Origin: Cohaesibacter sp.
GTDB taxonomy: Bacteria; Pseudomonadota; Alphaproteobacteria; Rhizobiales; Cohaesibacteraceae
DNA: 64,000 bases
NCBI GenBank assembly: GCA_025800105.1
Contig: JAOXSG010000593.1
Coordinates: 1,489 to 65,488, forward strand
Direction: 5' to 3'
The translations under genes were made by a program, and so were the position numbers. This document shows, piece by piece, positions 1-8,867 of the stretch (the stretch's first letter is position 1; every line of letters begins with the position of its first letter). The notes beneath the pieces were generated by a model. The model was not told where the DNA came from and ran no database searches. It worked only from the letters and a program-made list of their open reading frames with translations.

Positions 1-800
1 GCCGCCCGCATCTTGTACGCTATAAGCAATGCTTGCCTCACCGCTAAAATCTGCCGCAGGCGTGAAGACAATTTTCCCATCTTCAACAATTGCTGTTCCT
101 TGCACCGCATCAACCATTGGATTGATAATGGTGAGAGTATCCCCATCTGGATCTGTATCATTGGCCAGCACATCAATGACAACTTTTGTGTTTTCATCAG
201 TTGTTGCCGTGTCATCCATCGCGACAGGGGCATCATTGACCGTCTTGACTTGCACCTTGACATTGGCCTTGTCTTTCAATCCACCAGCATCTTTCACAAC
301 ATATTTAATGGTGGCAGTTCCGGTAAAATCATCGGCAGGTGTGAAGACAAGTTTCCCATCGACAATCTCAACACTTCCCTGCGCCTTCTTGACATTTGCC
401 TTAACAATGGTGAGAGCATCCCCATCTGGATCCGTGTCATTGGCCAGCACATCAATGGTGACAGGTTCACCTTTATCGGTGCTCGCCTGATCCTTCACCG
501 CATTAGGAGCATCATTGACTGGATTAACGGTGACGGAGACAGTTGCACTATCTGTCTGGCCGTCAGCATCCTGAATGGTATAGGCAATGCTTGCCTCGCC
601 GTTGAAGTTTGCAGCAGGGTTGAAAACAATCTTCCCATCTTCAATGGCAACAAATCCCTGTGCTGGATCGACATTCGCCTCAAGGATGTTCAGACCCTGA
701 TCATCTGGATCACTATCATTGGCCAAGACATCAATAACGATCTGTGTGTCTTCATCAGTTGTGGCCTCGTCATTCACCGCACCGGGGGCTTGATTGGATA
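1..800 (-). repeat. 279-nt (93-aa) tandem Ig/cadherin-like repeats, about three units visible
   Basis: catcattgac at 231-240 and 510-519 (period 279); repeated IDVLAND.DPD peptide. Confidence 0.85.
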
Positions 801-1920
801 GATCAATTTCTGTCCCATCCACAAGCACTTTGACTTTTTCGATATTATAGACGCTCAGATTGAAGGCGGTGAAGTCAAAGCCGTCATCGTCGCCTTTGCC
901 AGCATCATCGCGCAAATAGGCAAGAAAAGCAGCAACATCGGCGCGAATATCAGCTTGGCTCCATTCATCGGATGTGAAGGATAAGCACAAGCGATCGCAG
1001 CCTTTGCCGCCATCATAATGATCTGTCTGGCCAGCATTTTCTGCCAGACTATACATCAGCTGATCATCGCCATCGCCGGTATGGACATCATCGCTGCCAG
1101 CACCACCATCGGCAATGTCATGACCATCTCCACCCAGAACCCAGTCATTGCCAGCACCGCCTAAAACGGTGTCATTGCCGTCATCCCCATAGACTTCGTC
1201 ATTGCCGTCGCCACCATCAACATAGTCGTTGCCACCATTGCCCCAGACATAGTCATTGCCGTCCCCACCATAGACTTCGTCATTGCCCTTGCCGCCCAGC
1301 GCCCAGTCATTGCCGGTCTCGCCATAAAGTTTGTCATTGCCATCATCGCCATAGAGACCATCATGGCCGCTGCCGCCATGGACTATGTCATCGCCTTCAT
1401 TGCCCCAGGCATAATCATCGCCCGCACCGCCCATGACCAAATCATCGCCATGACCGCCATAAAGCCCGTCATTGCCTTTGTCGCCATGCACTTCGTCATT
1501 GCCGTCATCGCCATAGACTTCGTCATTGCCATCATTGCCATAGACCTTGTCGTCGCCTTCATTACCCCAGACATAGTCATCGCCCTTGCCGCCATGGGCT
1601 TCATCTTTGCCCTGACCGCCATAAACCTCATCATTGCCGTTATCGCCATAGAGTGTGTCATTGCCATCATCGCCATAGACTTCGTCATGACCGGAGCCAC
1701 CCCGCACGCGATCATTGTCGTCATTGCCCCACAGCTTGTCATTGCCAGCGCCGCCATTGATGATATCCTCACCATCGTCGCCATAAACCCAATCATCGCC
1801 AGCTTTTGCATTGATTGTGTCATTGCCGTCCAGACCGACAATTTCATCCTTCAAGTTGCTGCCATTCAGAGTGTCATCGTTTTTGGTGCCGCGAATATAA
1901 TTATCAAACAAACGTCTCAT
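1..1920 (-). CDS. RTX (Ca-binding nonapeptide repeat) protein with tandem cadherin/Ig-like repeats, probable T1SS-secreted adhesin; 3' end outside the window
   Basis: Manual translation from ATG at 1920 (GGAG upstream) stays open to base 1: MRRLFDNYIRGTKNDDTLNG..., roughly 30 GGxGND-type nonamers, then 93-aa units of the form NDAPVAxDDxAxTDE...IDVLANDTDPDGD...FTPAADFxG. Not in the ORF track because no stop codon is inside the window. Confidence 0.92.
   Translation of the reverse strand, partial: MRRLFDNYIRGTKNDDTLNGSNLKDEIVGLDGNDTINAKAGDDWVYGDDGEDIINGGAGNDKLWGNDDNDRVRGGSGHDEVYGDDGNDTLYGDNGNDEVYGGQGKDEAHGGKGDDYVWGNEGDDKVYGNDGNDEVYGDDGNDEVHGDKGNDGLYGGHGDDLVMGGAGDDYAWGNEGDDIVHGGSGHDGLYGDDGNDKLYGETGNDWALGGKGNDEVYGGDGNDYVWGNGGNDYVDGGDGNDEVYGDDGNDTVLGGAGNDWVLGGDGHDIADGGAGSDDVHTGDGDDQLMYSLAENAGQTDHYDGGKGCDRLCLSFTSDEWSQADIRADVAAFLAYLRDDAGKGDDDGFDFTAFNLSVYNIEKVKVLVDGTEIDLSNQAPGAVNDEATTDEDTQIVIDVLANDSDPDDQGLNILEANVDPAQGFVAIEDGKIVFNPAANFNGEASIAYTIQDADGQTDSATVSVTVNPVNDAPNAVKDQASTDKGEPVTIDVLANDTDPDGDALTIVKANVKKAQGSVEIVDGKLVFTPADDFTGTATIKYVVKDAGGLKDKANVKVQVKTVNDAPVAMDDTATTDENTKVVIDVLANDTDPDGDTLTIINPMVDAVQGTAIVEDGKIVFTPAADFSGEASIAYSVQDAGG
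1060..1890 (-). repeat. 27-nt RTX nonapeptide repeat array
   Basis: Recurrent gtcattgcc/atcatcgcc with 27-nt period (GND/GDD codons on the minus strand); boundaries approximate. Confidence 0.9.
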
Positions 1921-2375
1921 AAAAGTCTCTCCAGGAACTTTGAAATCAAGGCAATCGCGAAAATATGCGTGTTTTAAGGAAAAATTAACACTCTAAGTTA
2001 CCTGCGAGTCAATTGCAGAGCATTGAATAAAATGGTTTTTGGTTAAATCAAACAGCCCCAAAATCAGAAAAATTTGCGAAATTTTCAATATTGATAAATA
2101 AAAACAAATAATTGGAAGAATTATCTCGATGGGATTATTTTTTAGACTGAAATAACCAAATCTATATGGCTTGCGAAGCAAAAGAGAGCCTAAATATTGT
2201 TTCACAAAAATATGATTTGTTTCACAAATGACGGTCAGTCACTGCCTTATGCCCCACGATGGCACAGAGCAGAGCGCATATTTACCAAAAATTCATCTTT
2301 CAGTTGCGGTTAACTATAAGTGTCCGTTAGGGTTTCACTAACCTTTTGAGTTTTGCGTATTTTGGTATTTTAAAC

Positions 2376-4208
2376 ATGAAGACAGGCTCCCGATCGCTCA
2401 ATCAGTCTAGAGAAGCATTGCAGACAAAGGGAAAGGTCAATGGCCGGTTTCTTGTCTGGCTTTTTGTCTTTTCCGTCGCGGCCAATCTCTTTTTGCTGGC
2501 CATGCCGCTCTATTTGGCACAAATCTATGATCGGGTGCTGCCATCCAGCAGCTTTGAGACATTGATCTATCTAACGGCGATCATTTTGGTATGCCTTGCT
2601 CTGTTTGGCGTGATGGAAGTGCTACGCAGCAAAATTGCGCAACGGTTAAGCACCCATTATGAAATGACCACTGCTCCGGCCATTTTGAACCGCTCTATTG
2701 AAAGCCGTGACGCGATTGCCAGTCAACAAAGTGCCTTGCTCGGTGATGTCACGATGATCCGCCAGCTTTTGGCAAGCCGGGCCTTTATTGCTCTGTTTGA
2801 TTTGCCATTCACACCGCTCTTTTTGCTTTTGCTGTTTGTGGTGCATCCATGGTTGGGATGGGTAGCAACTGCCGGGGCCATAATGCTGGTCACTTTGGCG
2901 ATTTGCAATGAAGCGCTGGCGCGCAATCGCAACGGCCAAAGCGCTCAAACACAGCAGATAGCCAAACAAAAAGGCGCAGAAATCCTCACACATCTGGAAG
3001 ATGTACGCGCCATGGCAATGGGACAGGCCCTGTATGAAAGATGGCGCAAAACCGCTCTGCAAACGGCTTTGAGCGCCGATCAGGTTGCGTCTTTGAACGG
3101 ATTTTTCTTCGGACTGGTACGCTTTTCTCGTCAGGCCATTCAGGTCGCTATTTTGGGCACCGGGGCTTATCTGGTGCTAACGCAATCCATGTCCGCTGGT
3201 TTGATTTTTGCCGCCAGTATCATTGGCGGACGCGCCTTGATGCCAATCGAGCAATTGCTTGGCAGCTGGCGTCAATTATCCTCTGCCCACCAGGCCAGCA
3301 AACGCGTCAAAAATGCCCTGTCCTTTTATGAGCAACAGACAACAGGGCAAAATCAGTCGCTGCGTTTGCCCCAGCTCAAAGGTTATTTACAGGTTTCTCG
3401 CGTCAGCTATGTGCCAGAAGGCTTAGAAGATGATAAAGCCATTTTGAAGAATATCAATTTTGCCCGTCATCCCGGCTCTATTCTGGCAATTTTGGGGGCA
3501 AGCGGCGCAGGAAAATCCACCTTGATGCGCATTTTGGCCACCAGCCAGCACCAGAGCCATGGGGCAGTCTTGTTTGATATGTTTCAGGCCGACCACTGGT
3601 CCGTCAATCAATTGGGCAAATCCATCGGTTATGCCGGACAATCCAGTGATTTGTTTGAAGGCAGTGTTGCAGAAAATATTGCCCGTTTTGACCCCGATGC
3701 AACGGATGAAGATATTTTGCAAGCGGCAAATCATGCCGGCGCTCATGACTTTATCGGCTCTCTGCCCGATGGCTATCACACCCAATTGGGCGATGGATCG
3801 GTGCGCCTGTCGGGAGGACAAAAGCAGCGCATCCTTCTTGCCAGAGCCTTCTATAAGGATCCGGCCATCCTGTTGCTCGATGAGCCAAATGCCCATCTGG
3901 ATTCAGGCGGCGAAAAGGCGCTTAAAAAAGCCCTTTTAGAGGCAAAAGCGCGCGGCAAGACAATTGTTTTTGTAACCCAGCGCAAAGGGCTTCTCTCCTG
4001 CGCGGATGATATTTTAGTGCTGGACAAGGGGCAGATGTCCTTTCTTGGAACTGCCGAGCAATTTGCTGAGGCAACAAAACCAGCCAAGAGCCAGAATAAA
4101 ACCAAACAGCTTTTGCAAAAAACAGGGCCCAAAAGGTTTCAAATCAAGCAAGCAAGACAGGTAAACACATCCTCTGACAGCAACAATGCCCATTTGGCAA
4201 CCGACTAG
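2376..4208 (+). CDS. Type I secretion ABC permease/ATPase (PrtD/AprD family)
   Basis: QIYDRVLPSSS N-terminal motif, TM domain, Walker A GASGAGKST, LSGGQKQR, LLLDEPNAHLD; start may be TTG 2346 or ATG 2376. Confidence 0.93.
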   Translation: MKTGSRSLNQSREALQTKGKVNGRFLVWLFVFSVAANLFLLAMPLYLAQIYDRVLPSSSFETLIYLTAIILVCLALFGVMEVLRSKIAQRLSTHYEMTTAPAILNRSIESRDAIASQQSALLGDVTMIRQLLASRAFIALFDLPFTPLFLLLLFVVHPWLGWVATAGAIMLVTLAICNEALARNRNGQSAQTQQIAKQKGAEILTHLEDVRAMAMGQALYERWRKTALQTALSADQVASLNGFFFGLVRFSRQAIQVAILGTGAYLVLTQSMSAGLIFAASIIGGRALMPIEQLLGSWRQLSSAHQASKRVKNALSFYEQQTTGQNQSLRLPQLKGYLQVSRVSYVPEGLEDDKAILKNINFARHPGSILAILGASGAGKSTLMRILATSQHQSHGAVLFDMFQADHWSVNQLGKSIGYAGQSSDLFEGSVAENIARFDPDATDEDILQAANHAGAHDFIGSLPDGYHTQLGDGSVRLSGGQKQRILLARAFYKDPAILLLDEPNAHLDSGGEKALKKALLEAKARGKTIVFVTQRKGLLSCADDILVLDKGQMSFLGTAEQFAEATKPAKSQNKTKQLLQKTGPKRFQIKQARQVNTSSDSNNAHLATD

Positions 4209-4263
4209 CTGCATATGATGGTCCGAACCCTTGCCCAGATGATAAAATTGCAGGAATAATTCA

Positions 4264-5604
4264 ATGTCACCGCAATCAATTGATGAAATCCACCAAGATG
4301 TTACAAAAATTTCATCTCCTGTCGTCACAGGTCTGGTGTTGCTTGCCCTTTTCATTGGCGGTTTTGGTATATGGGCCGCCACTGCGCCTTTATCCGGGGC
4401 GGTGATTGCTGCTGGCTGGATTGCCAAACAGGGCGACACCCAAAGCGTCGCCCATGAAAAAGGCGGTGTTGTCTCCAATATATCAATCTCGGAAGGCCAG
4501 ACAGTGGCCGCCGGAGATTTGCTGATCACTATATCGGACGCGGACAGACAAGCGCTTTATGGGGAATTGATGTCACGCATTGCTGCATTGCAAATCCGCG
4601 AACAACGCCTAAAAGCAGAGGAAAATGGGGCCGAGCGCTTTGAGATGCCAGATCAGTTGCCCATCGCCTTCAACAGTGATGACAAAACAGCAACCAGCAC
4701 GATCTGGGATCATGATTTAAAAGCCATGTTGCGCGATCAAAAGCAGGAATTTCAAAGCCGCAAGCAAAGAGTGAAGCAAGACAAACTCATTCTGAGCCAG
4801 CAAAAAACTGCACTGGACCAACAATTAGAAGGTGTGAAGGCAGAATTGGCCTCGGTCTTTGCGCAAATGGCCATTCTCAAAGAGCAACGCATCTCCCGAA
4901 AGGCCCTCATTCGTCAGGGCTATGGCCGCAAAGTCGATTTGCAGGAAACAGAGCGCGATTTGGCACAATTGCGCGGCCAGCAAGCCCAATTGCAAGCACG
5001 GCAAAATAGCCTGCCCCATCAAATTGCAGAATTGCAGGCACGGCTTCAAAATGTCGAGAGCCTGTTTCAGGAAGATATCAGCAAGGAAATGGCAGATCTG
5101 CGGGTTGAAAAATTGACATTGCAAAAACAGTTTGAAGCAGCTCAAACAGCCATGTCACGGGTCGAGGTCCGCGCACCAACCTCAGGAACGGTGAACAAGA
5201 TACATGTCAATACCATCGGCAGTGCCGTTGGCGCCTTCCAGCCCCTTGTCGAAATCGTGCCGGACAGCAAGCAAATCTTGGTGGAAGTGGAAGTTCAGCC
5301 CATGGATATCGAGCAAGTCAGAATTGGTCAGAAAGCAACGCTGGTCCTAAGCGCGTATGAAGCGGACAAAGTGGCTCCGGTTTCAGGAAAAGTGCAATTC
5401 GTATCGCCGGACCGGCGCATCAATGAGCGCACCCAGCAGCCTTATTTTGTGGCGCGATTACAACTGGATGAACAGGCCGAAAATCTGCCCGATCTCACCC
5501 CCGGTATGCCGGTAGAAGCCTATATGGAAACATCACGCAGAACCTTCGCGCAAATCCTCATAGAGCCCATCACAAAAAGCTTGAGACGCGCATTCAGGGG
5601 CTAG
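4264..5604 (+). CDS. HlyD-family type I secretion membrane fusion protein (PrtE-like)
   Basis: N-terminal TM followed by WAATAPLSGAVIA, coiled coil, VRAPTSGTV, LTPGMPVEA; follows the ABC gene. Confidence 0.93.
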   Translation: MSPQSIDEIHQDVTKISSPVVTGLVLLALFIGGFGIWAATAPLSGAVIAAGWIAKQGDTQSVAHEKGGVVSNISISEGQTVAAGDLLITISDADRQALYGELMSRIAALQIREQRLKAEENGAERFEMPDQLPIAFNSDDKTATSTIWDHDLKAMLRDQKQEFQSRKQRVKQDKLILSQQKTALDQQLEGVKAELASVFAQMAILKEQRISRKALIRQGYGRKVDLQETERDLAQLRGQQAQLQARQNSLPHQIAELQARLQNVESLFQEDISKEMADLRVEKLTLQKQFEAAQTAMSRVEVRAPTSGTVNKIHVNTIGSAVGAFQPLVEIVPDSKQILVEVEVQPMDIEQVRIGQKATLVLSAYEADKVAPVSGKVQFVSPDRRINERTQQPYFVARLQLDEQAENLPDLTPGMPVEAYMETSRRTFAQILIEPITKSLRRAFRG

Positions 5605-5671
5605 TCTCATCTTGAGACTTTTCAATCGGTTACTTAAGAAACAAGACAAGCAAAAGACCAAGGCAGTCAAC

Positions 5672-5839
5672 ATGACAAAATATATGAACATGTTCTCCAT
5701 TTTCTGGATCGGCTATTTTGGAGCAATCCTCTCCATCCTGCTCTATCTGCTCAATTTCAGCGTTCATGACATCGCCATGATCGGACTAGCAATCATCGCC
5801 ACAGCCCTAATGGGAAGTTGGATCGCTCGCCTGTTATAA
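5672..5839 (+). CDS. Small two-helix membrane protein, hypothetical
   Basis: Two hydrophobic stretches in ~55 aa; start uncertain (5612 TTG or 5672 ATG). Confidence 0.45.
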   Translation: MTKYMNMFSIFWIGYFGAILSILLYLLNFSVHDIAMIGLAIIATALMGSWIARLL

Positions 5840-6017
5840 AATGTGAAAGCTGTTCAATACTTCCTGACAAAGGTCTTTGCGGGGAATAAAGCAAAATATG
5901 GCAAACATCGTGCACTATTTTGGCCCTTATGCTTGAATAGAACGCTTTGGTGAATGATACTGATATTTGATAATTAAAATTCTTTCTTCCGAGTCTGTTT
6001 TGAACCAACCAAACTCT

Positions 6018-7350
6018 ATGAAACGCATATTTTCAGTGGCTTGGCCCATTGCCATGAACAATATGCTATTCTCTGGAGCGCTGGTCATAGATACAATTCT
6101 GGTTGCGCCTTTGGGCGCATCAGCCCTTGCCGCCATGGGTTTGGCAACGGCCATATGCGGCTTGATGCTGGCTGCAATGATTGCCATTTTCCAATGGGCT
6201 ACAAATTTTGACGGCACAGGCATTTGGGGGCGATAAAAAAGACTTTCTCAAGTCCATTTTCTGGATTGGCATGTGCAATGCGCTCCTGATTGGCGCGCTG
6301 ATCATTGCCTTGATTTTGATGGCTGGCCAATGGATCATCACACTATTCGCCGAAACCAGCCTCGTGGCAGACCTCGCATGGACCTATATGCGATTATTCT
6401 GTCTCTTTATCCTTGCCCGCGCGATGAGCATACCAATCACCTCCTATCTTATGGGATGTGCGCAGACACAACCGCAGCTCAAGAGCAGCATTTTTGAGAT
6501 CATCATCAATGCAACACTCAGCTATATGCTGATATATGGGGTCGGTGGTTTTCCGCAGATGGGTCTGGCGGGCGCTGCGATTGGCAGTGTTGTCGGTGCT
6601 TGGTTCAAGACCGCATTTTTGTCCGTCGTGATGCTCAAGAATTATCCGTTTATTTTTAAGGGAAGCAGTTGGTCTGAACGGGGTTTTCTCAACACATATC
6701 GTCTTATTTTGGATCAGGTTCTGCCAATTGCCGTGACCTATTATAGCGGCCGCATCATGCAGAATATTCTGCTGCTGATTTATGCCATGCTCGGCACGAG
6801 TGCCTTTGCAGCCTTGTCGCTTGTCAATACATGGATCATCCTGCTTGCGAATTTTTCCAATGCTTGGGTTGCGGCAACGGGGATTTTGGTTGGCCAAGCG
6901 CTGGGACGTGCCTGCGAGAAAGACGAAGTGCAGAGGTTTGTTTCCTTGTCATGGAAATCAGCCTTGATCGTATCTCTATGCGTCGCCGCTGGATATTTCC
7001 TGATCATGAGTATGATCCCGTTTATTTATGCCAATCTGGATTCTGAAACGCTTGGATATCTTCGCTCTTTCATTCCAGTCCTGTTGCTCCTGCCGATTCT
7101 TAGAACAATCAACCATTTTTGTTCAAGCATCTTGAGAGCGGGCGGGGATAGCAAATATCAAATGAAAGTCAACACGCTCACGCAGTGGTGCTTCACCCTT
7201 CCTGCAACGGCAATATGTGTGCTGATAGTCGATCTCTCGGCAACTTGGATCTTTGCCCTTCTGCTTGTCGAGGCTTCGATCAAAATCCCATTCCTCCATG
7301 TGCGCATGAAAAAAGGCATATGGATGAGGAAATTGCTGAAGAATATTTAG
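6018..7350 (+). pseudogene. MATE-family efflux transporter with a +1 frameshift near 6186 (pseudogene or sequencing error)
   Basis: The MATE N-terminus (VAWPIAMNN...IDTILVAPLGASALAAMGLA) is in one frame; the continuation (FSNGLQILTAQAFGG...GLAGAAIGS...ILRAGGD) is in the next. Confidence 0.85.
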
Positions 7351-7357
7351 GGAAAAA

Positions 7358-7375
7358 TGGTGGAGCCCAGCGGGA
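7358..7375 (-). repeat. Degenerate att core: copy of the tRNA-Ala 3' end (16/18 match)
   Basis: tggtggagcccagcggga vs tggtggagctaagcggga at 25934-25951; flanking atttagggaaaaa also resembles the other copies. Confidence 0.85.
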
Positions 7376-7691
7376 AATAGGGGGAGGTAATTATGCCCTA
7401 AGCTATTTGAAGGATGAGAATAAATTGCTGTCTATCTCCAAGGGACGCAATGCGAAATTCCAATCCCGTCGAAAAAGCCTAAAATGTGAAACCGGGCTCA
7501 GGTTTTAACGCTTATCAACGACGGCGGCCTAAACAGCGATAGTTTTGTCAATGTCTTGATGATGCAAGTAATCTGTTGACGGCAATACGGAGCGTCGGAA
7601 TGGAGTAGCATTTCAGATTTCATTCTATCATAAGTGTAGTCAGATTTATTTTTTATAGTTCGGTTTCAGAGATTTAAATTCATTCAAGGAG

Positions 7692-8330
7692 TTGGATATG
7701 CCGGTAATTGCGATGCGTTATTTATTTATCGGAGGTTTCTTTTTTTTAAGCGGCTGTATCGGAATAGAGAACAACGCCAGAATTGATTCAGAAGGTATGG
7801 TAAATGTCGACATGTCCCTGCGGATCAACGCCACAATGGCAGGAATGACGAAACAAGATGATGGAGAATTTTGCCCGACCCAACCTAAAGAGTTTGAGAA
7901 GAGGGGAGTAAGGGGTTTAGTTACCCGCACTGTAGATGAGAAGGATATTATCTGTAGGATCCAGATAAGCACTTCATTGGAAAAGCTTATGCAAGCGCTT
8001 AACAATGCTGAAGATAAATGGATACAGATTGTCGAACTTGAGGAAAGCTATCGCGTCATCTATCAGCTCAAAACAAAAGCTCCAATTAATAAGGAACACC
8101 CGTTCTACGAGATGATACTTGCTGCGACCAATGGATATTCACTGGTGGCGACGATCACTGCTCCTCGTATAATTGGTACATCGGGGAAGATCTCCGAAGA
8201 TAAGACTACCGCGCGAGTGGCCATGCCAACATCTATGTTGTTCAAAAGTGATCAAGAACCACTCAAGCACTGGATTGAGTTCTCTACTTCTGAACCTGGT
8301 TTTATCGAAAGATTGTTTGGCAAAGATTGA
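7692..8330 (+). CDS. Putative lipoprotein (LppM-like architecture)
   Basis: Hydrophobic signal and lipobox FLSG-C, followed by ...ARIDSEG..V.M; AAGGAG RBS upstream. Confidence 0.7.
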   Translation: MDMPVIAMRYLFIGGFFFLSGCIGIENNARIDSEGMVNVDMSLRINATMAGMTKQDDGEFCPTQPKEFEKRGVRGLVTRTVDEKDIICRIQISTSLEKLMQALNNAEDKWIQIVELEESYRVIYQLKTKAPINKEHPFYEMILAATNGYSLVATITAPRIIGTSGKISEDKTTARVAMPTSMLFKSDQEPLKHWIEFSTSEPGFIERLFGKD

Positions 8331-8455
8331 TGTTTGTCTCAGCTACAAGGCGATTCGCGTTTTGTTAAGCGTGAACCCGGCTTCACTTTTTTAGAAGACG
8401 ATAAATGCTTGCATAGCTGATTCCGAGTTCTTTGGTATGGCAGTAGGTCTCATAC

Positions 8456-8635
8456 CATCCTCTGGGACGCGGCGACGGATATAATAGATCCTGCTTTCAG
8501 AGCGCGTTCTCGAAAAGTTGAAGCACTTTTCGGACAAGAACTCGCTTCAAAATAGACCAGTAAAGTCTGTCGAATGAGCCAAGGATGATGAGAAAGGCGT
8601 GTGTCCAAACCGGGATATTTCGCCATCTCTGCCAT
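8456..8635 (-). pseudogene. Truncated, interrupted integrase 5' fragment
   Basis: MAEMAKYPGLDTR is identical to the intact integrase start; 8456-8494 matches 25765-25803 at 37/39; the two parts are separated by a ~103-bp insertion. Confidence 0.9.
8495..8597. mobile_element. ~103-bp palindromic mini-insertion (MITE/RIME-like)
   Basis: Absent from the intact copy; contains the imperfect hairpin agcgcgttct-cgaaaagt-tgaagc-acttttcg-gaca-agaactcgct and short inverted ends tttc/gaaa. Confidence 0.65.
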
Positions 8636-8712
8636 ACGGTTTGTGTAACACTTTTAACAGAAGACGCTTATATCTCAAAGACTTATAAGGAAAACAACCA
8701 TTTAGGTAAAAA

Positions 8713-8730
8713 TGGTGGAGCTAAGCGGGA
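8713..8730 (-). repeat. att core: exact 18-bp copy of the tRNA-Ala 3' end
   Basis: tggtggagctaagcggga is identical to 25934-25951. Confidence 0.95.
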
Positions 8731-8789
8731 GCTCAAAACCCGAAAAATTTCCGTTATAAATCAATGTGATAAAAGCATCGCATTTGAAC

Positions 8790-8801
8790 TTTGTGTAACA
8801 C
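8790..8801. promoter_or_regulatory. Putative integrase arm-type site TTTGTGTAACAC (distal end of the element)
   Basis: The same 12-mer occurs at 8640-8651, 25848-25859 and 25861-25872, always 60-90 bp from an att core. Confidence 0.7.
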
Positions 8802-8867
8802 TTTGTCGGTGGGAAATCAATGGTCATTTAGTCAGGAGCTTACGCTGAGTTGGTGTTACTGGCACAT

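Larger units (their letters stand above)
7376..8712 (-). mobile_element. Decayed 1.3 kb integrative element (sister of the large element)
   Basis: Bounded by two tRNA-Ala 3' copies; starts with a near-identical copy of the large element's integrase leader and first codons. Confidence 0.8.

Noticed and set aside
1060-1890. Periodic repeats as a possible CRISPR array
   Set aside because: 27-nt codon-phase degenerate repeats encoding RTX nonamers; no unique spacers and no cas genes
13-1977. Plus-strand ORFs 13-801 and 1363-1977 and the Met/Ala-rich minus ORFs
   Set aside because: Antisense or off-frame shadows of the repetitive RTX/Ig gene
8450-8635. 61-aa ORF as a functional small protein
   Set aside because: It is the integrase start running into the inserted palindromic sequence
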